Below are positions 1 through 9,504 of a DNA stretch of 64,000 bases, piece by piece (position 1 is the first letter of the stretch; each line of letters starts with the position of its first letter). This DNA comes from an uncultured bacterium (GTDB lineage: Bacteria; Armatimonadota; Abditibacteriia; Abditibacteriales; Abditibacteriaceae): the NCBI GenBank assembly GCA_963843795.1, contig CAWJLW010000010.1, forward strand, positions 124,001-188,000, in the 5' to 3' direction. The notes under the pieces were generated by a model, which worked only from the letters and a program-made list of their open reading frames with translations, made no database searches and was not told the DNA's origin. The position numbers and the translations under genes were made by a program.

Positions 1-2098
1 AAGTTTGGCCATCACGAATCGAGCGCAATAACTTGACGTATTCGGCGTGCGCCCACACCAAAGGTTGCGCCGAACCGGTCGGGCCGCCATTTTTCATATG
101 CTTTTCGGGAATGTCTGGCGCGTCCCATACTTGTTCGGGTAGCAAGCCCATTTTCGAGGCTTGCATTTCCAGTGCGTTGCGCAAGCTTTCGAAATCGCCG
201 CCGCACGACAATTCATAGTGCGCGCGCTCACCTACCAGCAACGGCCACGCGCGTCCAACTCCCCATTGCTCGAAAGCGCTGCCGTCATCGCGCTGGCCAT
301 AGCCGTCGTTGTTGTAACGCAGCCAACACGCACCGCGCTCGGTTTCTACCTTGAGAGCTTTATCCAGCGCAGGAATCGTGGCTCTGATAATCTCATCATC
401 AGGCGCGCGCAAACCAAAGCGCACCAGATGCAAACAGCCACCATCAACGATGTCGCGGGCGGGAAATTGGTGCTGCAAATCGGGCGCGCGGTTGGCGATT
501 GTCAGCATCGCTTCGTCCAAATTTTCCTGCGCCTGAGCGTCGTGCAAATCAATCGGATTGAGGCGCGCGTAAATGCGTTGTTCGCTCCAGCAACTTTGCG
601 TCGTGGTGAGCCAGGTTTCCAATTTCGATTCCAGCCAATCGGCGTAACTTAAAATGAAATCGGCACGATTTGTTTCGTTGCGTTCGCGCGCAAAATCGGC
701 GGCGACCACTAACGCGGCGATGTTGGCGGCCAAAGTTGAGGGCGAATAGCCGCCATTTTCTTCCCAGCGCTCTTGCTGCGTAGCTGGCCCACGCTCGATG
801 ATATAAGTCGCGCCACGAATCACCATTTGATACGGATCAAAAGTGCGCAGCGCATTTTCGCGCTTGAGATAATAAGCCAACAAAAGCGGAAACGAGGCTT
901 CGTCAAGCTGAATCCCGTGCCAGTGCGGAGTGGCATTGACCCAAAAATTTTGCGGAAAGCCGCCATCGGGCTGCTGGCTGGCGGCCAGATAAACCAGCGC
1001 GCGCAGCGGCGTTTCGTCATCGCCCGCCGCCAAAAGCGCTGTCGCGGAATTCACCATGTCGCGAGGCCATACCAGATGATAACCGTCGACTTCCACGGCA
1101 TTTTTCACTTCGCCCCAGGGAATCGACAAACTGGCGATAAAGGCGCCGGGAAAAGTTTTGTCCTCGTGCGACAACAGCACATCGATGCTCGAACGATACA
1201 AGCAGCCCTCATCACCCGCGTGTTCGCTCAAAGGCAAAGTTTTGTGACAAGTGCGCTCCCACTGCTTGATGAACCGCTCTTGCTGAGCTTTAAAATCCAA
1301 GTCTAGCGATTGAAAAACTGTGGTCGCAGCGCCGTGAAAATTATCACCAAAGCCCAGCGCGACCACCCATTCGCGGCACACGCGACCATCATCCAAAATC
1401 GTGCGCTGCGCCTGCGACAAATCAATTTGTGCTGTCAGGGCGACATTGCCATCGGGCGCGTAATCGAACTCCCAATCCATCTGAAAATGATGATACAAAT
1501 CTGTCCAGCCGTCAGACTGCGCGACGTAGCCAGCAGAAAGTTTAAGAAACGGTACATCGGCCAAAATCGCCAGCCAAGTATTGCAGCGCTCGGCAATCAG
1601 TAAACGCTTACCGGCCACTTCGACCACGCGCGCCGTGTTGCCAAAGCCCGACACTTCCAGATGCGGCGCAGCCAAAACGTAAACGTTCAATTTGCTTTCC
1701 CAATCGGGCGCGCAAATCAGACGCATACGCTGCAAAACGCACGGCAAATGTGGATCGCAAATGAATTCCTTATGGATTTCGTAGCGGTTTTCGTGATCGG
1801 TGTTAACAATTCCAAAAGCTGGCGCATCGGGCGCCAAACGCTGGATTTCGGAATGCAAGTGACGCTTTTCTTCGTGAAAAAAGGTTTCGCCATCAGAAAT
1901 CAGAAATTGCAAATCGCGAATTTGCGGACGATCGATAGTTGGATAATAAACTTCGGTGATAACGCCGTTCCACAGCGTAAACCAAACGCGCGAAGCCGTC
2001 GAATAAGCGGTAACAACAGCATCTTTGTCGCCCTGTGTCCATTTCGGGTCGCAGCCAGGCGCGCCAAAAGCGGGGGAATTCTGGGTGAAAGTGGGCAT
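1..2098 (-). CDS. Glucoamylase/glucodextranase, glycoside hydrolase family 15 (3' end runs off the window)
   Basis: Absent from the ORF track because there is no stop in the window. Manual translation from ATG 2098 gives MPTFTQNSPAFGAPGCDPKWTQGDKDAVVTAYSTASRVWFTLWNGVITEVYYPTIDRPQIRDLQF, a Glucodextran_N-like start. The GH15 catalytic segment QQERWEENGGYSPSTLAA near 730-780 is in the same frame. Confidence 0.88.
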   Translation of the reverse strand, partial: MPTFTQNSPAFGAPGCDPKWTQGDKDAVVTAYSTASRVWFTLWNGVITEVYYPTIDRPQIRDLQFLISDGETFFHEEKRHLHSEIQRLAPDAPAFGIVNTDHENRYEIHKEFICDPHLPCVLQRMRLICAPDWESKLNVYVLAAPHLEVSGFGNTARVVEVAGKRLLIAERCNTWLAILADVPFLKLSAGYVAQSDGWTDLYHHFQMDWEFDYAPDGNVALTAQIDLSQAQRTILDDGRVCREWVVALGFGDNFHGAATTVFQSLDLDFKAQQERFIKQWERTCHKTLPLSEHAGDEGCLYRSSIDVLLSHEDKTFPGAFIASLSIPWGEVKNAVEVDGYHLVWPRDMVNSATALLAAGDDETPLRALVYLAASQQPDGGFPQNFWVNATPHWHGIQLDEASFPLLLAYYLKRENALRTFDPYQMVIRGATYIIERGPATQQERWEENGGYSPSTLAANIAALVVAADFARERNETNRADFILSYADWLESKLETWLTTTQSCWSEQRIYARLNPIDLHDAQAQENLDEAMLTIANRAPDLQHQFPARDIVDGGCLHLVRFGLRAPDDEIIRATIPALDKALKVETERGACWLRYNNDGYGQRDDGSAFEQWGVGRAWPLLVGERAHYELSCGGDFESLRNALEMQASKMGLLPEQVWDAPDIPEKHMKNGGPTGSAQPLVWAHAEYVKLLRSIRDGQT

Positions 2099-2222
2099 GA
2101 TTTTCTCGGTACTTAAATTGTGTGTCGCAAGTACTTGCACCGCGATTTTCAGGCCAGAAAAACTGGCAAAAACACAAAACGCGATGCAATTTCCGTGCAC
2201 CGCGCCGCCAGAGTCTCACGAC

Positions 2223-3230
2223 CTAAAGCGCGCCACCAATATTGGGCCGCAAAACCTGACAGCCCAGCGCGCCCAGTTTTTCCCGCAAACGCGCGTAAAT
2301 CGCATCATCCGCGCAAACGCCGGTAATCGCGCCGCCGCTGCCGGTGAAGTGCGCGCTCGCGCCGCAACTGCGCGCGGTTTCGATCATTTGCGCGTGCGCT
2401 TTTTGAATCGGCATAATGCGACGGCGCAGCTCGAAATTAAAATCAATCAAGCGGCTGAACTCTTCGACATCGTGTTTCAGCAACGCGGCGCGCGCATTTT
2501 CTGCCACTTTCCCCAATTCTTCCATCGTGGCCAAAACCTGTTCGTCGCCGCGCTCCCAGCGCGCGCGCAAGTCGTTGTGCACGATGTCGGAAGTTTCGGC
2601 CCATTCGATGCGATACGCGAGATAAATCGGCGGCAATTCGGAAACTTCCAAACGCTCGTACCGCCCGATTTTGTGGGTTTGCAAATGTTCGCGCTCGAAA
2701 TCCATAAAGACCAAGCCTTCGTAAGCCTGCGCCACGCGGTCTTGCAAACCGCCTTCGATTTTGAGTTCCTCGCGTTCGGTCGCTAAAACCCAGTTCGCCA
2801 GAATCCCGGGCGTGATGTCGATTTCAAAAAACTCCATCAGGGCGCGAAAAGTCGCCGTGATAATCGCCGAACTGCCCGCCATGCCGACGCCGCGTGGAAT
2901 GGTGGTTTCGTAACGAATCGAAAAGTTGCGTTTGGCCAGTTCGATTTCGTTCGCGACACAATAATCGTGAAATTTTTTCAGCGAAGCTTTCACCAAACGC
3001 AAGCCGCCGTAATAGCCGAAACGGCCCACGTCTGAAGCCAGCGCATCGAACGAATCGAAGCGCACATGATCTTCGATTCCGGGCAAAATTTCCAGCGTGG
3101 GCCATTCGTATAAAACCACCGTCGCGGCAAAATCGCGCATCGTATAAGACAGCGTTTTTCCGAAATATCCATCGGACGGATTGCCCGCTAAAGCCGCGCG
3201 CGCGAACGCCTTAGTTTTGATTCGTTGCAT
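2223..3230 (-). CDS. GHMP-family sugar kinase, glucuronokinase-like
   Basis: GHMP ATP-binding motif IPRGVGMAGSSA, GGLQDR and C-terminal FTGSGGA. The N-terminus ARAALAGNPSDGYFGKTLS resembles eukaryotic glucuronokinases. ATG at 3230 chosen (ORF track starts at TTG 3245). Confidence 0.8.
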   Translation of the reverse strand: MQRIKTKAFARAALAGNPSDGYFGKTLSYTMRDFAATVVLYEWPTLEILPGIEDHVRFDSFDALASDVGRFGYYGGLRLVKASLKKFHDYCVANEIELAKRNFSIRYETTIPRGVGMAGSSAIITATFRALMEFFEIDITPGILANWVLATEREELKIEGGLQDRVAQAYEGLVFMDFEREHLQTHKIGRYERLEVSELPPIYLAYRIEWAETSDIVHNDLRARWERGDEQVLATMEELGKVAENARAALLKHDVEEFSRLIDFNFELRRRIMPIQKAHAQMIETARSCGASAHFTGSGGAITGVCADDAIYARLREKLGALGCQVLRPNIGGAL

Positions 3231-3251
3231 ATTTTTCGTATTCAAACATTC

Positions 3252-3375
3252 ACCGCAAAGAACGCAAAGGTCGCGAAGTTAGAGAAAAGAAGCTAGAGAA
3301 AGGAGAAACGGGCCGCGCAAGTACTTGCACGAACATTCTTTCAAGAATCTTTGCGGTCTTCGCGTTCTTTGCGGT
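3252..3375. repeat. Intergenic element with 27-bp terminal inverted repeats built from 9-bp units, enclosing one core palindrome
   Basis: Left arm accgcaaagaacgcaaaggtcgcgaag (3252-3278) matches the reverse complement of the right arm 3349-3375 at 23/27 positions. GCAAGTACTTGC lies at 3317. Confidence 0.75.
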
Positions 3376-4275
3376 TTAATTTTCGTTCGCCAATAATTCT
3401 TTCAGGTGCTGCCGCAAACCCGCGCCATGTTTGGGATCGGCCAAAGCAAATTCAACAAAGGTGCGGAAATAATCTTCAAAATTGCCGATATCATAGCGCC
3501 GGTCGCTTTCGCTCAGGCGCACGCCGAGCACTTTTTGGTTGTCTTGCAGCAAAAGTCGAATCGCATCGGTTAATTGAATTTCGCCGCCTTTTCCGGGTTT
3601 GGTTTCGCGCAGTGCAGCGAAGATTTCGGGCGCGAAAATATAACGCGCGGCGACCGCCAAATTCGAAGGCGCTTCGCTTTGCGTTGGTTTTTCAATCATA
3701 TCGCGCACCGTAAAAAACTCGCCTTCAGCGGGTGCCGAACCGTCGATTTTGGCGATGCCGTATTGCGAAACATCGCTTTCCGGCACAGTTTCAAAGGCGA
3801 TGACGGCGCTGCAATTTTCGGTTTCAAACTTCTGCGCCATCTGCTGCAAAATCATCGAAGGCGCGCCGCGTCCCAAAATCGAATCGCCCAATGCAACCGC
3901 GAACGGTTCGGGGTCGCAAAACGGCGCGGCGTGCAAAATCGCATCGCCCAGACCGCGCTGCGATTTCTGGCGCGTGTAGAAAAAATCGGCGCGCGCGCTT
4001 TCAAACGCCAGCTCGTCCAGCAAATCTTCTTTGCCGCTTTCGCGCAGCTGGCGAATCAGCATCGGATCGCTATCGAAATGGTTTTCGATGGCGTTTTTGC
4101 TGGCTCCGGTGATAAAAAGCAAGCGCGTGAAATCGTTGGCTTCCAGCTCTTCGACCACATATTGCACGACCGGCTTTTTGCCGACCGGCAGCATTTCTTT
4201 GGGCTGACTTTTGGTCGCGGGCAGCATTCGAGTGCCCAGCCCCGCGACGGGAATGACCGCGTTACGAATATTCAT
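3376..4275 (-). CDS. galU: UTP--glucose-1-phosphate uridylyltransferase family
   Basis: Motifs AVIPVAGLGTRMLPATKSQPKEMLP, GLGDAI, EKP, GGEIQLTDA and RYDIG. Confidence 0.9.
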   Translation of the reverse strand: MNIRNAVIPVAGLGTRMLPATKSQPKEMLPVGKKPVVQYVVEELEANDFTRLLFITGASKNAIENHFDSDPMLIRQLRESGKEDLLDELAFESARADFFYTRQKSQRGLGDAILHAAPFCDPEPFAVALGDSILGRGAPSMILQQMAQKFETENCSAVIAFETVPESDVSQYGIAKIDGSAPAEGEFFTVRDMIEKPTQSEAPSNLAVAARYIFAPEIFAALRETKPGKGGEIQLTDAIRLLLQDNQKVLGVRLSESDRRYDIGNFEDYFRTFVEFALADPKHGAGLRQHLKELLANEN

Positions 4276-4297
4276 AATTGATTTTTTAACTTAAAAC

Positions 4298-4321
4298 GGC
4301 GCTGCAAGTACTTGCAGCGCC
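4298..4321. terminator. 24-bp perfect palindrome centred on the core motif; probable terminator or hairpin
   Basis: ggcgctgcaagtacttgcagcgcc abuts the stop codon at 4322. An A-run to its left gives a U-tract on the minus strand. Confidence 0.55.
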
Positions 4322-7213
4322 TTATTTAGCTGGCGGCGTAGATTGCTGCGATTCACGATAAAGCGCGTTCAGCTGTGAAGGCGTGACGGCGACGTATTCG
4401 GGGCCGAGAATTTCCAGCATTTCCTTCAAATCGCTCAGCTTCGAGCCCCAGTTCCACACAAACGAATTGACAAAAGCCGGACGCTGTGTGCCGACGCGAC
4501 GGCGAATTTGGTCGGCCATATTTTGCGCGCCGCCTTCGGCTCCAACCGCTGCGCGAAAAACTGGCTGCCCGGTCGGCAAAGTATAAGTCAGTTCGCCGTA
4601 ACTTTTCGCGCCCGAAAAGCCATAATCGGGCATCAAGAACGCAACGTCCGGCAGCAGTTTGCCCACGCGCGGAATATCGGGCGTGCCCACATTCATCAGG
4701 CGAATGGTTTTCATATCCATGCGCTGCATCGCGCCGTTGGTCATGTCGTAGAACGAGCGAAACGCGCCATCGCGGTCTTTGAGCGTTTTGCCCCAGTCCG
4801 GCGAATAAATATAACCTACGCCCGAAACATCGCAGATAAATTCGTCGTTGGGCGTAGCGTGTTCGTAGAACCAGCGCGCCATCGTCGGCGCGACTTCGCC
4901 CAAAGTTGGAGCCATGCCCCAGCCAATCGGAATCGTGCCGTGCAGCGGGTCGGAAAAATAGTTGCGAAAATAGCCCGGCCACGTCACGATATTATCTCCA
5001 TCCGACATCGTAAATGACAAGTAAACCTTGCTTTTATCCAGCGCGGGCGCGGGCTTGAACGATTGTTTTAAGGGCGCCGAAGGCACGCCACTGTAAACCG
5101 AAAAGTTCTGGATTAAATCGGAAACGACGGTGATTTTGCCGAAGCGCGAACCCAGCGCGACGCCGAAATTTTCGTCCATGCCGTTTCCATCGCCGTGCCA
5201 CCAGAAGCCGCGCACAATCGCGTTCAGCGGCATCGCGGCCAGCAACGCTTTAATTTCTTCCAATTCATCGGCGGTGTTGGCACCCGGCAAAATTTGCTGT
5301 TTGGGGCCGGTAATCCAAAAAACCACGCCTTTGCCCGCGATAATTTGGTCGATGGCTCCGTTTTCTAAAATCGGCGGATCGACGCACATCGACAAGTACT
5401 TATTGGCGCGCGGCAGCAAGGTTTCGCGCGTAAAACGCAAGGCGTCGGCGTTGCTGCGAAAGCGACCGCGCAAATCGACGCGAATCGGTAAGTTCAAGCG
5501 TTGCGCCAGTTCAGGAGTGGAAATCAGCAGATTATCCAGACCGGCCAGCGTAGTGGCAACGCACGCGCTGGTGTAAACATTCGGGTCGGGCACCACGGCG
5601 CCTTGAATTTCACCGCGAAATTTCTCGACTAAAGATAACGGATCGGCGACGACAATCGGCGTGTCGGTCGCTTTTTGGCGTTGTAATTCTTCCAGCCAAA
5701 ATTCGTTATCCTCGTTGGTCAACAGATAAATGCGCGGCTGTTTGCGATTGACGATGCCTTGCAAACACACCAGCGCCAAACGCTCGTCCGATTTCAAGCT
5801 GCGTACATCGACGACATATAAATGGCGCGCAAGCGGCGGCGATTTGGGCTGCAAAGTTTGATACGGACGCGGCACTTTGGGCAGAACTACGTTCGTCCAC
5901 AAGCGCGGACGCGGAAGTTTCGCCAAAGCGCTGAAAGCCGCATTTTGCTTTTGAGCCGAGAGCAAACCTTTTTCGCCCAAAGCGGCAATCGCGCCGCGCA
6001 CCAGCATTTGCTGCGTGTCGTAACCATCCAAATCTTCGGTCGAAGGATGATGCGTTCGCACATCGACCGCACCTTTGAATTCGCCGCCGCGATGAATCAG
6101 CATGGCCGCCAAAGGGTGCCCGCTTTCCAGTAGAATCGGTTTGACCTGCACGGTCGCGGGCAAATTTTCGACATCAATCGACTGCACGCCAAGATTGCTC
6201 GGCCAAGCGCGATTCATCGAACGCAAGCGCAATGGATCATTCGGCGCGACCGTTACCGAGCCGGGCACAGCGGCGCTAAATCCGCCCACACCGATGCCAT
6301 CCGTGCCGAAGCCGTTCAGCTCGTTGACATGTCCCAAATCTTCCCAATCGACACCTGAATCTTCGAAGCCCGCGTTGGGCATCGCGACCTTTTTCCCCTC
6401 GACGCTGACCGCAATATCGTCCAAGCGTATCACACGTTTGGCGCTGCGCACTTGCGGCGCGACATCGAAAGCGGTGGCCTGAGTTGGAACCGTTACAGTC
6501 GCGCTCAAGAATTGCCAATCGCTTCCCATTGTCAGGTTGGCGCCCTCTTGATAAAAAAACTCGCCTCGCGCATCGAAAAAGCGCACATACAGAAAGTCTT
6601 TGCCGTTGTTTTCACCACTTACGCTTTGCGCCCACGCCGAAACCGTGATTTTTTGTCCGGCAAGTACTTGCTGACGCGGCGAATGAACGCCGACCCAATC
6701 GATGCCTGGCTCGGTTAATTGCAGAGCCGATTTTCCACCGTGCGATTGCTCGACCACGCGCACATCTGCGTTCCAACGCGGATCGGCCCTCCAACTTTGA
6801 GCCGAAATGTTAATCACAGGATGCGTGAACGGCACACCGCTCGTAATCAGACAGCCGCCAGCACGATGAAAAGCGCGCAGATTATCGAAAGCCACACGCG
6901 GAAAATTGTTACCATAAGGCAGAATCACCGCCGCGTAGCGATTGATATTGAAGCGTCCGGCATCTCTCAAAGCCGCCGCATCCAAAACGTCTGTCGATAC
7001 TTGCGCCGCTTGCAATTCCTGCGCGATTCTTTTCGGAGTGGTCAGCGGCGACACCATATTGAAAGGAAATCCGTTCTGCACGAAAACCGCGACACGCGGT
7101 GCGACCAACTTTGGAGCAGGAGCCGATGGTGATTGTGCTGATGCGCTAAGACACAAACTCGCGCCACAAGCCATCAGGCCAACAATCTTCAGGCAAGTCG
7201 CAATAGATTTCAT
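4322..7213 (-). CDS. Secreted GxGYxYP-domain protein (putative glycoside hydrolase) with CBM4/9-like module
   Basis: Signal peptide. LQGIVNRKQPRIYL, MSDGDN and SGVGYIYSP are hallmark segments of the GxGYxYP family. A carbohydrate-binding-like insert ends in NAGFE. Confidence 0.8.
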   Translation of the reverse strand: MKSIATCLKIVGLMACGASLCLSASAQSPSAPAPKLVAPRVAVFVQNGFPFNMVSPLTTPKRIAQELQAAQVSTDVLDAAALRDAGRFNINRYAAVILPYGNNFPRVAFDNLRAFHRAGGCLITSGVPFTHPVINISAQSWRADPRWNADVRVVEQSHGGKSALQLTEPGIDWVGVHSPRQQVLAGQKITVSAWAQSVSGENNGKDFLYVRFFDARGEFFYQEGANLTMGSDWQFLSATVTVPTQATAFDVAPQVRSAKRVIRLDDIAVSVEGKKVAMPNAGFEDSGVDWEDLGHVNELNGFGTDGIGVGGFSAAVPGSVTVAPNDPLRLRSMNRAWPSNLGVQSIDVENLPATVQVKPILLESGHPLAAMLIHRGGEFKGAVDVRTHHPSTEDLDGYDTQQMLVRGAIAALGEKGLLSAQKQNAAFSALAKLPRPRLWTNVVLPKVPRPYQTLQPKSPPLARHLYVVDVRSLKSDERLALVCLQGIVNRKQPRIYLLTNEDNEFWLEELQRQKATDTPIVVADPLSLVEKFRGEIQGAVVPDPNVYTSACVATTLAGLDNLLISTPELAQRLNLPIRVDLRGRFRSNADALRFTRETLLPRANKYLSMCVDPPILENGAIDQIIAGKGVVFWITGPKQQILPGANTADELEEIKALLAAMPLNAIVRGFWWHGDGNGMDENFGVALGSRFGKITVVSDLIQNFSVYSGVPSAPLKQSFKPAPALDKSKVYLSFTMSDGDNIVTWPGYFRNYFSDPLHGTIPIGWGMAPTLGEVAPTMARWFYEHATPNDEFICDVSGVGYIYSPDWGKTLKDRDGAFRSFYDMTNGAMQRMDMKTIRLMNVGTPDIPRVGKLLPDVAFLMPDYGFSGAKSYGELTYTLPTGQPVFRAAVGAEGGAQNMADQIRRRVGTQRPAFVNSFVWNWGSKLSDLKEMLEILGPEYVAVTPSQLNALYRESQQSTPPAK

Positions 7214-7280
7214 CAGGTAATTCCCATTTAATACAACGCGAACAAACGAATCGGCTCCTGCAAGTACTTGCAGCGCGCTA

Positions 7281-9398
7281 TCAGTCTTTCAACATAATAT
7301 TCACGCTTTCGATAAGTCCATCGAAAGCGTTTTTCTCGTCGTAACGCCCGACCAAACCCTCCAAATCGCGCCCGACTTCCAAACCATCAATCGGCATGGT
7401 TTGCAGCGCGTCCAGGTTTTGATTTTCTGCGACGGTTTTGCCTTGAATTTGTAAAGTGCAACGCCCGTCTTTGCCCAAGCGCGCCTCGACATTTAGCGGG
7501 CCAGAGGGCAAAACGTTTTCGGAAGTGGCGAATTTGAGTTTTCCGCCCACGCGCGTTGCCATTTCCAGCTTGCCATCTTTGACATAAAGCGCGTAACCTT
7601 CGGCTTTTCCGCCCTGTGCGACGATGACGCCATCGCCGTGTTGCTCGCCCAGTTTGGCGCTGATGCGCATTTCGCGTTTCATCACGCGAGGCGCTTCAGC
7701 GCGCGGCAAAATCGCATCGGCGGCCAATTTGAAATTCAGCGCCTGGCTGCCAACATTGGCGGCATTTTCGCGCACTGGCTCGCCCCAATCGTTGCGAATC
7801 GGGCCAGTCCATTGATCGACTAAAGAACGCTTCGCCCACGCGTCCCACTGCGCGGCCATTCGTTTCGCCAGCGCGGCGTTTTGCTTCACCAAATCGTGCT
7901 GTTCGGTGCGGTCGGCTTCGACATCGTACAATTCCCACGGCTCGAGATATTTGGAAACCAGTTTCCATTTCCCATCCCGAATGCCACGATTGCCTTCGTG
8001 CTCCCAGAAAATCGGCTCTTTGCGATTCAATTTGCGACCTTCAAACGTTGGGCGCAAGCTAATTCCGTCCATCGGAAAAATATCGTGACCGTTGAATTTT
8101 TTCGGATATTTGGCACCCGAAATCTCCATCACGGTCGCCATAATATCAACCAGATGCGCGGGCTGTTTTTCCAATTGATTATCGCGATTTTTGGCGATGC
8201 CTTTGGGCCAATGCGCGATGAGTGGCGTCGAAATGCCACCTTCGTGGATGAAATGTTTATAGCGGCGAAACGGCGTATTATTTAGGGTCGCCCAGTTCAT
8301 GCCGAGAAAAACTCGCGAGTCCGGCCCGCCCAACGGGTCGCCTTCGGTGATTCCATTCGGCCCGCTTTCGGCGTTGCCGCCGTTATCCGACAAAAACAAA
8401 ATCAAGGTGTTGTCCAGCACGCCGCGCTTTTCCAAACCCGCGACCAAATCGCCGACGCTTTTGTCCATGCGGTCGATCATCGCGGCGTAAATCGCCATGA
8501 TATGATCGAAGCGGTCTTTTTGCGCATCGTTCAAACTGTCCCACGCCGGCGAATCGGGCGGACGCTGCGAAAGCGGCCATTTGGGGTCGATAATTCCCAT
8601 TTCGAGTTGGCGCTTGTAGCGGGCCTGGCGCAGCTTATCCCAGCCCTGCAAGTACTTGCCACGATAGCGCGCGATATCTTCGGGCGGCGCCATGAGCGGA
8701 AAATGTGGCGCGGGCTGAGCCAGATACAAAAAGAACGGTTTCTTTTCTCCTAACGCTTCATCGACGAACTTCAAACCAAATTTCGTCCATAAATCGGTGC
8801 CATACCAATCGCTGCCAAGTACGGGAGAATTCAGCGGAATGTGTTCGCCGTTGAGTGCCAGCGGATTATTTTTGCGGTCGGGCTGATCGGGAAAATAAGA
8901 CGCGCCCAAAGTTGAACTCAGGCTGCGGTCGAAACCGCGCTGCCACGGCGGCGTGCCGTGCGTTTGGCCCATGTGCCATTTGCCGCTCATCGCGGTGAAA
9001 TAACCGGCGGGCTTGAGCGCTTCGGCCATCGTGACCGCGCGATTGCTGAGCTTGCCCGTTGTGCCTTCCGAATCTTTGATGCTCAAGTCATCGAGATAGC
9101 CCATGCCCGCTTTGTGCGGATAAACGCCGGTCAGCAAGCACGCGCGCGAGGGGCTGCAACGCGCCGTGTTGTAAAACTGCGTGAAACGCAAACCGCCTTG
9201 CGCCAAACGGTCGAGGTTGGGCGTGGGAATTTCGCCGCCGTAACACCCCAAATCCGACCAGCCCATATCATCCACCAGAAAAATCACGACATTCGGCGGC
9301 GCAGCGGGCGCGGCGCTGACTTCAACAGACGAAGCCGCGAATGTTCCCAGCGCGGCTCCTGCGGCCATTGCGATTTTTAAAGGTTTGGATAGTTTCAT
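7281..9398 (-). CDS. Arylsulfatase (Cys-type formylglycine sulfatase), secreted, with C-terminal beta-sandwich extension
   Basis: Signal peptide, PNVVIFLVDDMG, signature CSPSRACLLTG, GKWH and SDNGG. Confidence 0.93.
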   Translation of the reverse strand: MKLSKPLKIAMAAGAALGTFAASSVEVSAAPAAPPNVVIFLVDDMGWSDLGCYGGEIPTPNLDRLAQGGLRFTQFYNTARCSPSRACLLTGVYPHKAGMGYLDDLSIKDSEGTTGKLSNRAVTMAEALKPAGYFTAMSGKWHMGQTHGTPPWQRGFDRSLSSTLGASYFPDQPDRKNNPLALNGEHIPLNSPVLGSDWYGTDLWTKFGLKFVDEALGEKKPFFLYLAQPAPHFPLMAPPEDIARYRGKYLQGWDKLRQARYKRQLEMGIIDPKWPLSQRPPDSPAWDSLNDAQKDRFDHIMAIYAAMIDRMDKSVGDLVAGLEKRGVLDNTLILFLSDNGGNAESGPNGITEGDPLGGPDSRVFLGMNWATLNNTPFRRYKHFIHEGGISTPLIAHWPKGIAKNRDNQLEKQPAHLVDIMATVMEISGAKYPKKFNGHDIFPMDGISLRPTFEGRKLNRKEPIFWEHEGNRGIRDGKWKLVSKYLEPWELYDVEADRTEQHDLVKQNAALAKRMAAQWDAWAKRSLVDQWTGPIRNDWGEPVRENAANVGSQALNFKLAADAILPRAEAPRVMKREMRISAKLGEQHGDGVIVAQGGKAEGYALYVKDGKLEMATRVGGKLKFATSENVLPSGPLNVEARLGKDGRCTLQIQGKTVAENQNLDALQTMPIDGLEVGRDLEGLVGRYDEKNAFDGLIESVNIMLKD

Positions 9399-9455
9399 GG
9401 CCTTCTATTTTACATTGTTTCAAGCAGATTCCATCAATTCAATTCACAAAAAGTC

Positions 9456-9489
9456 AAAGCCCGCCTGCAAGTACTTGCAGGCGGGCTTT
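9456..9489. terminator. 34-bp perfect palindrome centred on the core motif; probable ugd terminator
   Basis: aaagcccgcctgcaagtacttgcaggcgggcttt, 15 nt past the ugd stop. Confidence 0.65.
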
Positions 9490-9504
9490 TCAGGGAAACG
9501 GCTT

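Noticed and set aside
12..2219. Many short ORFs in the first 2.2 kb of the ORF track
   Set aside because: They are shadows of the minus-strand GH15 gene, which the track missed because it runs off the window.
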